From Hemiscyllium ocellatum (lineage: Eukaryota), in contig NC_083409.1 of NCBI RefSeq assembly GCF_020745735.1, forward strand, positions 17,876,341 to 17,940,340: a DNA stretch of 64,000 nucleotides, written 5' to 3'. Shown in pieces: positions 34,817 through 46,824 of this stretch. The notes under the pieces were generated by a model, which ran no database searches, was not told where the DNA came from, and saw only the letters and a program-made list of their open reading frames with translations. The stretch's first letter is position 1; every line of letters begins with the position of its first letter. The position numbers and the translations under genes are program-made.

Positions 34817-35267
34817 CAGTGAGACACCGAGCTCCCACCTCCCCCAGCTTTAACTCTGCTCAATCACACAATCACAGAATTGTTACAGTGCACAAGGAGG
34901 CCATTCCGTCCATCCTGTCTGGACTAGCTCTCCGAATGAGCAATTCACTGAGTGTCATTCTCCTGCCTTCTCCCTGTCACCCTGCACATTGTTCCTTTTC
35001 AGATAACAGTCTCATTCCCTTCGAAATGTTTCAATTGAAGCTGCCTCCACCACACTCTCAGGCAGTGCATTCCACACCTTAACCACCCACTGGCTGAAAA
35101 TGTTTTCCCTCATCTCACTTTTCTTACTTTTCCAATTACTTTCAATCTGTGGCCTCTCGGTCTCAATCCTTTCACAAGTGGAATCATTTTCTCCCTATTT
35201 ACTCTGTTCCAGGCCCCTCCTGATTTTGAATTTCTGGAACAATTCTCCTCGCTGCCTTCTCCAAAGA

Positions 35268-35469
35268 CTTGAAGGTGCCGGTGTTGGACTGGGGTGGACA
35301 AAGTTAAAAATCACACAACACCAGGTTATAGTCCAACAGGGGGTTTATTTGGAAGCACTAGCTTTCGGAGCGCCCCTCCTTCATCAAATGGTTGTCAGCG
35401 GCGTTCCAAAAGCTAGTGCTTCCACATTAACCTGTTGGACTATAACCTGATGTTGTGTGATCTGTAACT
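35268..35469. mobile_element. Fold-back Penelope pseudo-LTR module (family B) with 11-bp TSD
   Basis: Inverted arms 35300-35370 and 35405-35470. TTCTCCAAAGA at 35257-67 and 35470-80. Confidence 0.85.
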
Positions 35470-36374
35470 TTCTCCAAAGAAGACAGTCCCAAATTCTCCA
35501 ATCTATCTTCATAACTGATATTCCTCATCCCTGGAATGATCTTTGTGCATATGTTTGCCAGCTCTACAAAACATTCACCTCCTTCCTGCATTATTCACAT
35601 TATTTATGTCCCTCATGATTTTATAAACCTCTATAAGGTCACTCCTCAGCCTCCGGCACTTCAGGGTAAAAGGTCTCAGCTTTTCCAGCCTCTAATGGTC
35701 ACGGAGTCATACAGCGTGGAAACAGATCTTTCAGTCTAACTTCTCCATGCTAACTAGATATCCAAAACTGACTTCAGCCCATTTGCCAGCATTTAGCCCA
35801 CATCCCTCTAAACCCTTCCTATTCATGTACCCATCCAAACATCTTTTAAATGCTATAATTGTATCCGTCTCCAGCACTTTCTCTGACAGCTCGATCCGTA
35901 CACGCACCACCCTCTGTGTGACAAGTTACCCCTCAGGTCCCTTTTGGATCTTTTGCCTCTCATCTTAAACCTATACCCTCTATTTTGGATTCCCTTTCCC
36001 AAGGCAAAGACCTGTGATGTACACCCTGTCCATGCCCGTCATGATTTTATAAACATCTATAAGGCCACCCCTCAGTCTCCGATCCTGCAGGAAAAATAAC
36101 CCGTCTATTGAGCCTCTTCCGACAGCTCAAACCCTCCAGTTCCAGGCAACATCCATGTAAATCTTTTCTGCTGAATTTTAAGTTTAACAGCATCCTTCCT
36201 ATCACAGGATGATCAGAATTGTTGACATTATTCCCAAAGTAGCCTCACCAATTTCCTGTACAGCTGCAAATGATGTCCCAACTCTGATACTTAGTGCAGT
36301 GACCAATAAAGGCAAGTGTACCCAACACCTTCTTCATCTCCCTGCCTCCCTGTGACTCCACTGTCAAGGAATAA

Positions 36375-36456
36375 TGCCCCTGCCCCTGCCCCTGCACCTG
36401 CCCCTGCCCCTGCACCCTGCCCCTGCCCCTGCCCCTGCCCCTGCCCCTGCACCCTG
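36375..36456. repeat. (TGCCCC)n / (GGGGCA)n hexamer array
   Basis: About 13 units with TGCACC variants, embedded in CR1 sequence. Confidence 0.92.
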
Positions 36457-36578
36457 AGGTCACTTTGTTGAGCAACACTCCACAGGGCCCCACCATTAAC
36501 AGTATAAGTCCTGCCCTGGTTTGACTTTCCAAAATGCAACATCTCACATTTATCTAAATTGAACTCCATTTGTCACAC

Positions 36579-36790
36579 GTTTAGATCAGAGCGGTGCTGG
36601 AAAAGCACAGCAGGTCAGGCAACATCCGAGGAGCAGGAAAATCGACGTTTCGGGCAAAAGCCCTTCATTAGTATTCCTCTAGCCGAAAAGTCGATTTTTC
36701 TGCTCCTCGGATGCTGCCTGACATGCTGTGCTTTTCCAGCACCACTCTGATCTAAACTCTGGTTTCCAGCATCTGCAGTCTGCACTTTTG
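36579..36790. mobile_element. Fold-back Penelope pseudo-LTR module (family A) with 14-bp TSD
   Basis: Inverted arms 36579-36653 and 36683-36757. TCCATTTG(T/C)CACAC at 36565-78 and 36791-804. Confidence 0.85.
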
Positions 36791-39700
36791 TCCATTTGCC
36801 ACACCTCTGCCCATTTCCCCAAATGATCAAGGTCCCACTGTACTCTCAGATAAGCTTCTTCACTATCCACTGTACCACCAATTTTGGGGTCATTTACAAA
36901 CTCGCCATAATTCCTATATTCACACCCAAATCATTTATTTAAATGATGAAAAGCCATGGACCCAGCACCAATCCTTGTGGCACACAGCTGACATCTGATC
37001 TCCAGTCTGAAAAGCAACCACTTACCACCACTCTCTGTCTCCTATCTTGAAGTCATTTTTTTTACCCAAATGGCTAGCTCCCCCTGGATCCCATGTGGCC
37101 TAATCTTACTAATCAGTCTATCATGTGGAACCTTGTCAAATGCTTTGCTGAAGTCCATATAGACAGTGTATACTGTTCTGCCTACATCAATCTTCTCTTC
37201 AAACAACCTCAATCACGTTAGTGAGACACGATTACCATGCACAAAACTGCATTGATTGTCCAAATGCATGTAAATCCTGTCCCTCAGAATTCACTCCAAT
37301 AACTTACCCAGCAATGACATCAGGCTCACTGGTTTATAGTTCCCTGGCTTTTCCTTACAGCCTTTCTTAAGTAATGGCTAACATTAGCCAACCTCTCTGG
37401 TTCTCCAGAACCTCACTCATGGCTGTCAATCAGAAACATACCTCAGCAAGGGGTCCAGCAATCTCTTTCCTCGCTTTCCACAATGTCCTGGGATACACCT
37501 GATCAGGTCCTGGAGATTTATCTACCGTCTTGCACTTTAAGAAATCTTCTTCTATAATGTGGACTTGTGTCAAGACATTACTATTTATTTCCCAAGTTCC
37601 CAAATTTCCATGTCTTTCTCCATGATAAATACTGACCTGGAATATTCATTTAAGACCTAAACCATTTCCTGTGGATCCACCCAGAGGTACATTGTTCATC
37701 TTCATGGGGCCCTATTCTCTCTCTAGTTACTCTTTTGCCCTTTTCTTATTTACCATAATTCTCCCACTTTTGCCCTTGAGTAAGTTCAGGAATTGTTTGC
37801 CCTCCTTCAAATGTATCTCGACTATACCTGGTCCACATCCTCTACTATTCTTTTCAGGACTTTTCTGCCAACCTTTGATCCAACTTTATTCAGATCCGAT
37901 ACATCCATATCCTATAGAAGCTGGCATTTTCCCCAGTGAAGATGTTTGACCCTGAAAAGGCCTTTGTTCTTTTCTACCATCACCCTCAACTTTGTGATAC
38001 AATGATCACTCTTCCTTAAGTGTCCTCTCACTGACACTTGATCCACTTGGGCCTCCTCATTCCCAAGATCCAGATCTAGCAGAGCCTCCTTTCTCATTGG
38101 ACTGGAAACATGCAGCTGGAGAAAATTCACATGAACACACTCTCACGACTCTGGCCCCTCTGTCCTTCACACTGCTACTACCCCAGTCTATATTCAGAAA
38201 TTAAAGAAACTCCACCCCCCCCAACCCCATTTGTAATGACTATTATATTTGCAGGTCACTGTAAATTCCTTGCAAATGTATTCCTCTAAATCCTTCCCAT
38301 TGGGTGGTGACTTATTGACTGCACTGATGATTCTGTGGACCTTGGTGTTCCTCTCTGACAGTCCCTCCTGACTCTCACAGCTCTGCCAAGTTAGTTTAAA
38401 CCCTCTCCAACAGCACGAGTAGATCACCTCAAAGGAGCTCAGTGCCAGCTCTGTTCAGGAGCAACGCTGTCTGGTCTATCCAGGTCCCATCTCCCCCAGA
38501 CCCAGTCCCGATGTCACAAGAATCTAAAACCCTGCCTCCTGGATCCTCTTTCCAGCCCCACAGTCACTTGTGTTATCCTCCTGCTCCTCTTGTCACTTGC
38601 CTGGGGCACCGGGAGTAATCTGAAGATTCCTACTTTTGAGTTCCTGATGTTAATTCCCTTCTGAGCTCCCTAAATTCTGACTGCAGGACTACATCCCTTT
38701 TCTCCCTCTGTCACTGGGACCGATGTGGACCACGACTGCTGCCTGTTCCCCCTCTCCCCTCAGGGTGGTCTGCAGTCGCTCAGTGACATCCTTGACGCTG
38801 GCACCAGGGAGACAACACACCATCCTGGATTCCCATCTGCAGCTGCAGAAACACCTATCGATGCCCTCAGTCTCAAATCTCCTTTTACGATCACTCTTCC
38901 AGTCTTGCTAATACCACCACCCCCTCACCTCCCCCCCGCCCCCCCCACCCAGGCAACCCCCCATTATAGCTGAGTCACCAGTGATGCCATGGACTTGGCC
39001 CTGGCTGCACTTTCCAGATGAACCATCATTCTCATCAGGATTCTGAACTGTATCCTGGTTGGAGAGTAGGATGTCTGGGGACTCCTATACTAGCTGCCTG
39101 ATCCTTTTGGACTGTCTGCTGCTCCCCCATTCCCTCTCTCCCTGCATACTCTGAGGCTGCAGAGTGACCACATCTAGAAACGTGCTCTCCACGGAGCTCT
39201 CAGCCTCACGGACGCTCCGCACTGACTCCAGCTGCTGCTCAAGCTACAAAACCCAGAGCTCTAACTGCTGTCACAGACCTCACTTCCTGTACTCATGGTA
39301 TTCCAGGAGCTGGGAAACATTCTGAAATTCCCACATGGATGCACACTCTCTCCACTCTTTGGTTGTCTCTTGGCAAAGTTCTGATGACAAACAGCTCCAG
39401 CAGGGCTCACAGTCCAGTGGGTTCAGTGTTCCAAGGTTTTGGGGAAACTCTCCAGAAGTCTTTAAGAAATAGGAGCAGAAATCAGCCATTCAGCCCATTG
39501 AATCTGCTCTGCCATTTGATCTTGGCAGATATGCTTCTCACCCCCATTCTCCTGGCTACTCCACAAGAACGTTCGATCCCCTTCACAATCACGAACCTAT
39601 CTATCTCTGTCTTAAGTACACTCAGTGACTTGGCCTCCCCTGCCCTCTGTAACAATGAGTTCCACAGATTCACCACCTTCTGGCTGAAGAAATTCCTCCT

Positions 39701-42419
39701 CACCTCAGCTCAAAAGTGTCGGCCCTTCATTCTGAGGCTGTGCCTTGGTTCCCGAGTCTGTCCTGCATCCACTCTATCCAGGCCTATCTGTATTCTGCAA
39801 ATTTCAATAAGATCCCTCCTCATCCTTCTAAACTCCATTGAGTACAGACCCAGAGTCCTCAACCACGCCTCATATGACAAGCCTTTCATCCCCAGGATCA
39901 TTCTTGTAAACCCCTCCAACGCCAGCACATTGTTTCTTAGAATATGGGTCCCTAATCTGCTCACAATATTCCAAATGCAGTCTGACCAGAGCCTTACACA
40001 GCCTCAGCAGTACATCTCTGCTCTTGTATTCTGGCCCTATTGAAATGAATGCTATCATTTCATTTGCCTTCCCAAGCACAAACTGGACCTGCCTGTTAAC
40101 CTGAAGGGAATCCTGAATGAGGTTTGTGCTTTAGATTTCCAAAGGCTTTCCTCATTTAGCAAACAGTCTTTGCATCTCTTCTTCCTCCCAAAGTGCATAC
40201 CCTCACACTGTCACACATTGTATTCTATCTGCCACTTCTTTGCCCACTCTCCGAGCCTATCCAGGAGATTTTACAGCCTTCCCACTTCCTCAACACTATC
40301 TGTCCCTCCACCTACCTCATGTCACCTGCAAACTTAGCAACAATGTCTTCACTTCCTTCATCCAGATTGTTAATGTATAACGTGAATAGTTATGGCCATA
40401 ACATTGACAACTGCAGAACTCTACTAGTCACCAGCGGCCATTGTTCCTCATGCTCTGCTTTATGCCAACCTGCCAGTCTTCAATCCATGCCACTACATTG
40501 CCACTAATACTGTGGGCGCTTATCTTATGTCAAATGCCTTGTGGAAATCCAAAGAGATTACTTCCTTGGACTCTCCTTTGTCTGACTGGCTCATTGCCTC
40601 CTCAAAGAATTCTAACAGATTTGCCAGGCATGACGTCTCCTTGATGAAGCCATTGCACTTCCAATCCTCTGCAATTTCATCCTTAAATTGAAGTCTAAAA
40701 CCTTACCAACAACTGAGTCCTGGCTAACTGGCCTACAATGTCCCACCTTCTACCTCCCTCCCTTCTGAAACAGGGGTGGTATGTGAGCCATTTTCCTGTC
40801 CCTTGCCCCCACCAAATCCGTCCCCATCTCACCTCCATACCCTGACTCCATTGATTACTGAAAGATCATCACCAATGCCTCCACAATCTCCTCAGCGATC
40901 TCCTTCAGAACACATGGGTGTAGTTCATCCAGTCTGGTTGCTTTATCCATATTCAGACCTTCAGCTTCCCCAGTACCTCCTCCTTAGTGATGGCCACTAC
41001 ACTCCCCTCCGACCCCTGACAGTCTTGAATTACTGGGACACTGCTGGTGTTTTCCATGGTGCAGACTGAGGCAAAATATCTATTCAATTCCTCTGCTATT
41101 CCTTCATTTCCTGTTATTCTTTCTCCAGCCTCATTTTCCAGTGATCCATAGTCTATTTTTGACTCCCTCTTCCTTTTTATACACCTGATAAAACTCCTGC
41201 AATCTTCTTTTATATTACTGGCTAGATAACTCCCACATTTCACATTCTCCACCCTTAATGCTTTTTCAGTTATCCCCTGCAGGTTTTTAAAGGCTTCCTA
41301 ATCCTCGGGCTTCCCACTATTCTCCACCACATTGAGTTACCTTTACTCAACTGAAATACTGTTCAATCTGATTGCAACTTCTCCCTCTCAAACTACAGGG
41401 GGAATTCTATCGTATTATGGTCACTTATCCACAGGGATACTTTCACCTTAAACTCACTAATCATGTTTGCCTCAATACACATCACTGAATCCAGACCTGC
41501 CAGTTCCATAATGGCTCAACCACAAGCTGCTCCAAAATCATCGACATTCCATGAAATCCTTTCCTTGAGATACACTACCCAGCCCACCTATCCATTGAAG
41601 TCTGCCCTGACATTTTCTGTCTCCTAATTGATTTCCTTCCCCACACCCTGTTCACTGCTTGGAGACCTGGACATAACTTGCATCAGATTCTTTATTTATT
41701 GCAGTTCCTCAGCTCTACCCACACAGATTCTACACCTTCTAACTCTACATCACTTCTTGCTATTGATTTAATTTCATTTCTCACTAACAAGGCAACTCTT
41801 CCCCCTCTGCCCATCTGCCCGTCCTTTTGATAGGACATGCATCCTTGAATATTTAGTTCCCAGCCCGAATTCCCTTTCAGCCATGTCCCTGTGATACCCA
41901 CAACATCGTACCTGCCAGTTTCAATCTGCACTACAAGCCCATTGTGTATATTGTGTGCATTTAAGTACAACACCCTCAGTCCTGCATTGACTGCCCTCCT
42001 TCCCATCATTGTCCCCTTATCTGCTGTGCTTTATGTTCGATTCCTGATCCTTTCCACATTCTCTGTCCTTTTACATCTTCTAGAAACTTGAATAACCTTT
42101 CCTGAGCCCTCCTCAACTTTAACTAGTTTAAATTCCTTGGAAACTCAATTTACCTGGAATTGTGACATCACTTTGTCAACCTTACTCAGAATGCTTTGTG
42201 CATTTAGATACAAACTCTTTAAGTTTGTTCTATTATTGATTTTCCCTGCACTTTTATGATCCCTTTGATATTCAAAAATTCCATCCCTTTCTTTTATTTT
42301 CTGGTAACAATCAATCCCATCACTAACCAGCAATCCTACCTTCTCCTTTACCTTCCATTTTCTCATTTTCCATCCAACTGAACCAAATTCCTTTCTCTTT
42401 GGGTTGAGTTCAGGCCAAT

Positions 42420-42590
42420 ATTTATCGTTGAGCCAACATCATTATTGGTCTTTGATCTCATTGCTTCTAGTGGGATCTTGCTGTGCAGAAACTGGCTGCC
42501 ACGTTACTGACATTGCAACAGTGACTGCTTGTCAAACAAAACTGTCTGTAAATGTCTTTGGGAGAGCCTGATGTGTTAAGGGCTGGATTG
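42420..42590 (+). mobile_element. Deu-domain SINE remnant (SacSINE1/AmnSINE1-like)
   Basis: GGCCAATATTTATC..CCAACATC..GGGATCTTGCTGTGC..TGGCTGCC..ACATTGCAACAGTGACT, recalled as Deu-domain sequence. Related copies at 43270-43520 (+), 50160-50375 (-), 53640-54050 (-), 59460-59640 (+). Confidence 0.6.
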
Positions 42591-43269
42591 AAATAAAATT
42601 AGAGTCAGAGAGATGGACAGCACAGAATCAGACCCTTTGGTCCAACTCGTCCATGCTGACCAGATATCCGAAATTAATCTAGTCCCACTTGCCAGCATTT
42701 GGCCCATATCCCTCTAACATCTTTCTATTTACATACCCATGCCTTTTAAATGTTGTAATTGTACCAGCCTTCACCACCTCCTCTGGCAGCTCATTCCATA
42801 CATTTAACACCCTCTGAATGAAAACGTCCCTTAGGTCCCTTTTAAATCTTTCCCCTGTCACCTTCAGCCTATGCCCTCCAGTTCTGGACTCCCCAACTCT
42901 GGAGAAAAAATCTTCTCTATTCACCCTATCTATGCCGCTCATGATTTTATAAACCTCTATACAGTCACCCATCAACCTGCAATGATCCAGGGAAAACAGC
43001 CTCAGCCTATTCAGCCTCTCCCTTTCGCACTAACCCTCCAACCTTGGCAACATCCTTGTAAATCATTTTAAGATTCGCAACATTTTTCCTACAGCAAGGA
43101 GAACTGAATTGCACACAGTATTCCAAAAGTGCCCTAACCAATGTCCTGTACAGCCGCAACAGCTCCCAACTCCAATACCTAATGCACTGACAAATAAAGG
43201 AAAGCAAACCAAATAACTTTGTCACTTCCCTACCTACCTGCAACTTCATCTTCAAGGAACTATTCTTCA

Positions 43270-43520
43270 TTTTTTGGAATAACTGAGAGTCTTTCAGTTG
43301 TGAAAGATGCCATTCCATGGCACTATTGGATGAAGAGCAGGCAGTTCCCCCTGGTGTCCCTGGTCAATATTTATCCCCCAGTCAAAATCACTCAGAATGT
43401 ATTTCTCTGCTAATTATCACATGGTGTTTGGGATCTCGCTGTGCACAGTCTGCTGGAAAGATCCAGTGGGACATCCTGAGTTGGGGACAGGTGCTACACA
43501 AGTGCAAGTCTTTCTTGAAG
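43270..43520 (+). mobile_element. Deu-domain SINE remnant
   Basis: GATGCCATTCCATGGCACTATTGGATGAAGAGCAGG..TGGTCAATATTTATCCC. Confidence 0.6.
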
Positions 43521-44357
43521 GTTGGAGTCTCCTGATCAGGATCCTCATCCATTGTCTGCGCACTCTCACCTTCCAGGAGTCATGGGGTCATTAGGAGCAG
43601 TGACCCTGTCTGACTCTAGGACACTGAGACACTTTGCAGCCTCACCCTTGACCTCAGCCCAATAGTGTGCAGCAAGGTTTGAAATATAATCTAGAATCTT
43701 CTACACAGACACCCCAACGTGATTCTTTCCTGACGTGTGTGGATCCGAGTCTTCTCCAATGTTCTTGGATAAAGTTCTCCTGATCTGTGGGTAATCGGAG
43801 GTTTGTTAAAGAGATATCACGCTCCATCCCACTTTCCAGCTCTTGCTCCATAGCTCTGGAAGTTTTGCTGTTTCAAGTGAACATCTAAGTGTTTTTTCAA
43901 TGTGATGAGGGTTTCTGCCTCTCCCACCCTTTCAGACAGTGAGTCCCACATCCCACCAAGCTCTGGGTGAAAACAAAGACCCTCAACCCCCCTCTAATTC
44001 TGCCCCAACTGATTTCAATCTCTCCCCATGGTTATTGCCCTCTGTGCTGGTGGAAATCAGTCCTTCCTACCCACTCTGTCCAGGCCCCTCATCATTTTAC
44101 ACACCACCATCAAATCTCCCCTCAGCCTCCTGTGTTCCAAAGAAAACAGTCCCAGCCAATCCAATCATTCCGCAAAGCTCAAAGTCCCCATTCCAGACAA
44201 ACTCCTCCTCTGTCCCCATCTCTAATGGAATCACATCCTTCCTGTATGTGGTGACCAGAACCGTACACAGTTCTCTCACTGTGCTCTAACTGGGGTTTTA
44301 TACAGTTCCAGAATAAACAAACACCTTGCTTTCACAGTCAACCAAAAATGAGATAAG

Positions 44358-44690
44358 GGAGGTGATGGTCTAATGGTGTTATTGCTGAGCTGTTAATCCA
44401 GAGATCCAGGTAATGTTCTGGGGACCAGGGTTAGAATCCAGCAGATGGTGGCATTCAAATTCAATCCAAACAAAATCTGCAATTAAGAGTCTAATGATGA
44501 CCATGAAACCATCGTTGATTGTCAGGAAAAGCATCTGATTCCCTTATGTCCTTTAGGGAAGGAAACTGCCATCCTTACCATGTGACCCCAGACCCACAGC
44601 AATGTGGGTGACTCTAAACTGCCCTCTGGGTGATTAGGGATGGGCAATAAATGCTGCCGATCCAGCAATGCCCTCATTCCATCAAGGGAA
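44358..44690 (+). mobile_element. tRNA-derived SINE (second family) with LINE-shared tail
   Basis: GATGGTCTAATGGTGTT..GGGTTAGAATCC head; tail TAGGGATGGGCAATAAATGCTG shared with the second LINE family. Confidence 0.7.
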
Positions 44691-45822
44691 AAAGAAAAAC
44701 AGTTTCTCCCATGTGTCTTCTGAACCACCTCACTGACCTGCATTAATCACCATGGCCACATCTTCCACCTCCACACCCATCTGACTTCCAGCTTCAACAT
44801 GACGAGAGACATTCCTTCATTATCTGAGAAACAGATAGAAACATCAAACACAGGAGCAGCAGTAGGCCATTCAGCCCTTCAAGGCCTGCTCCACTCTTCA
44901 ATATGATCATGGCTGTTCATCCAACACAGTCCCCTGTTCCTACTTTCTCCCCACATTCTTTGATCCCTTTAATCCTAAGAACTGTATCTAATTCCTTCTT
45001 AAATACACATTGCATCTAATTCCCTTTTGCTGGAAAAATGGATGACAATTATTGGGTTGTTGTTTTTTGACCAGTATGGACACAATGGGCTGATGGGTCT
45101 TTTGGGCCCCTATGACTCTATTGTTATTTATTATGAATAACTGGGTACCAAGGGCTGACCCTGTGGCACCCTAAGTTGTTATTACCTGCCATTCAGAAAA
45201 AGACTCATTCTTTCTGTGCTGCCTGCCAACCAGTTCCCAATCCATGTCAGTACGTGAACCCCAATCCTCTTGTTTCTTTGGTCTAGATGTGGGAGTCCCA
45301 CCCTTACTCATTGTGGGAACAGATTCGGAACAGTCTGTCTCATCCTTCGAGGGCTCCCACTGCCCTGACACTGATTTCCCATCATGTCATTGGTTCCGAT
45401 CCACTTTTACCAAAGCACCACACAGTTTAGTAAAATGAAAACTTTTACACTTGCTCCATGGTTCTCCATTTCCATCCCTCCTCTCAATCTCACTGAGTTC
45501 TGATCGCTGTCACTAAAGTGCTTCCCCATCGATAGCCCTTCCAGCTGCCCACATTCATTCCATAACCGATGGTCCAAAACTGTCCCTTCTCTCTCTGCTG
45601 CTTCACCATCACCTTCTCAGGGACACCTAGGGACGGTAATGAATGCTGGCCCTGCCAGTGACACTCAGATCGCAAGAAGCAATTTGAACAGTGTCTGTTC
45701 ATTTGTTGGGTTTATTCTGTATTGACTAAGAATGTTCAAAAAGATTGTATTGCCAGTGAATATTGTGAGTGTTGAATTCCCTTCAAAAGGCAGGGATTAA
45801 AATTGTTTCTTTTGTCTTTCAG

Positions 45823-46151
45823 TCCGTGACAACTCTCAGCCCAAGCTGACCCTGCTGCCCCCCTCCCTGGAGCAGATTAATGCCAAGGGCACTGCCACCC
45901 TGGTGTGCCTTGCCAATCACTTCTATCCCGATGAGCTGGAGGTGCAGTGGAAGAAGGACGGTGCAGTCATTTCGGACGGGGTTCAGACCAGCAACTACCT
46001 GCGAGCTTCGGACAGCACCTACAGTGTCAGCAGCCTGCTGACCCTCTCTGGGCCTGACTGGGAGTCCAACGCTCGCTTCTCCTGTGCCCTCACCCACGTG
46101 ACCCTCCCCTCTCCCCTCAGCAAGAGCATCAGGAGATCAGAATGTGTGTAG
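45823..46151 (+). CDS. IGKC: Ig kappa-type light-chain constant exon
   Basis: Acceptor TTTGTCTTTCAG| at 45822, phase matches the J donor. Reads (I)RDNSQPKLTLLPPSLEQINAKGTATLVCLANHFYPDELEVQWKKDG...YSVSSLLTLSGPDWESNARFSCALTHVTLPSPLSKSIRRSECV*. C1-set Cys/Trp and the terminal interchain Cys are present. Confidence 0.96.
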
Positions 46152-46678
46152 AGTGTTGGAGACAGTCCACAGAGGAGACACAACTTTAAATAGAACAGGG
46201 CTGAGCTGGCAGGTCAAAGGTCATTGTCAGCACTGAATTTCAACTCTCTTCCTTCTGAGGACTGGCTCAGAGACACTTCTGAGCTTCAGGGGTTAAGGCA
46301 GGTCATTGGGATTGTGTAGAGAAAACTTTACTCTTTATCTAGCCCCATGCCTTCCCTGACCTGGATGTGTTTGATGGGGACAGTGTTAACTTGCAATGTC
46401 AAGTATAACCTCTCGAAGATGCTAAAGACTGTTAGCTGTGCAAAAACAATGTGAACCTCAAACGTCTCTGTTTCAGTAAAACAGACCTCCTTTCTGCTCA
46501 GCCGCCAGTTCCAATTTAAGGTTTTGTCACTGTTTAAAGGGACAGGATTCTCATGTTATTGAGAAAATCCCCACAAGTGTTTTCCTCAAGCTCCAATGTG
46601 GCTGTGAATTTGAGCAGCTTCCTCTGTCTGGGCTGTTAATTGCTGACTGTTTTCTGTCAATGTCAATCTGGAAAAGGG

Positions 46679-46684
46679 AATAAA
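46679..46684 (+). terminator. Polyadenylation signal of the light-chain mRNA
   Basis: First AATAAA I see after the C stop (527 nt downstream), followed by TCTCTGTCTCTGTGTG GU-rich sequence. Confidence 0.65.
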
Positions 46685-46824
46685 GATGAAGAAGATTCAG
46701 TCTCTGTCTCTGTGTGCTTTGGGAATGGCCAGAGCTGAGTCCTCAGGGAGAGGTGTACGAAGTGAAAAGCTCCACCCCACCCCCAGGTATGGAGCAGGAA
46801 GGGGAGAATAGAGGGGGTAATGGG

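Larger units (their letters stand above)
34870..39420 (-). mobile_element. Stack of antisense CR1 fragments in the J-C intron (3' ends, RT, APE, ORF1)
   Basis: MEFNLDKCEMLHFGKSN, LLDLDLGNEE..SDH APE motif 37912-38130, ORF1-type sequence 38460-39420, all on the minus strand. Confidence 0.8.
39460..44310 (-). mobile_element. Further antisense CR1 elements in the J-C intron
   Basis: RRNFFSQKVVNLWNSL, LHLEYCEQI, YDVVGITGTWL (APE, 41692-42009), LYLNAQSI (42145-42366), LLEYCVQF (43007-43318). Confidence 0.82.

Noticed and set aside
39339-40043. 234-aa plus-strand ORF in the J-C intron
   Set aside because: It is the antisense reading of a CR1 3' region. The same applies to most other 60-140 aa ORFs in the track.
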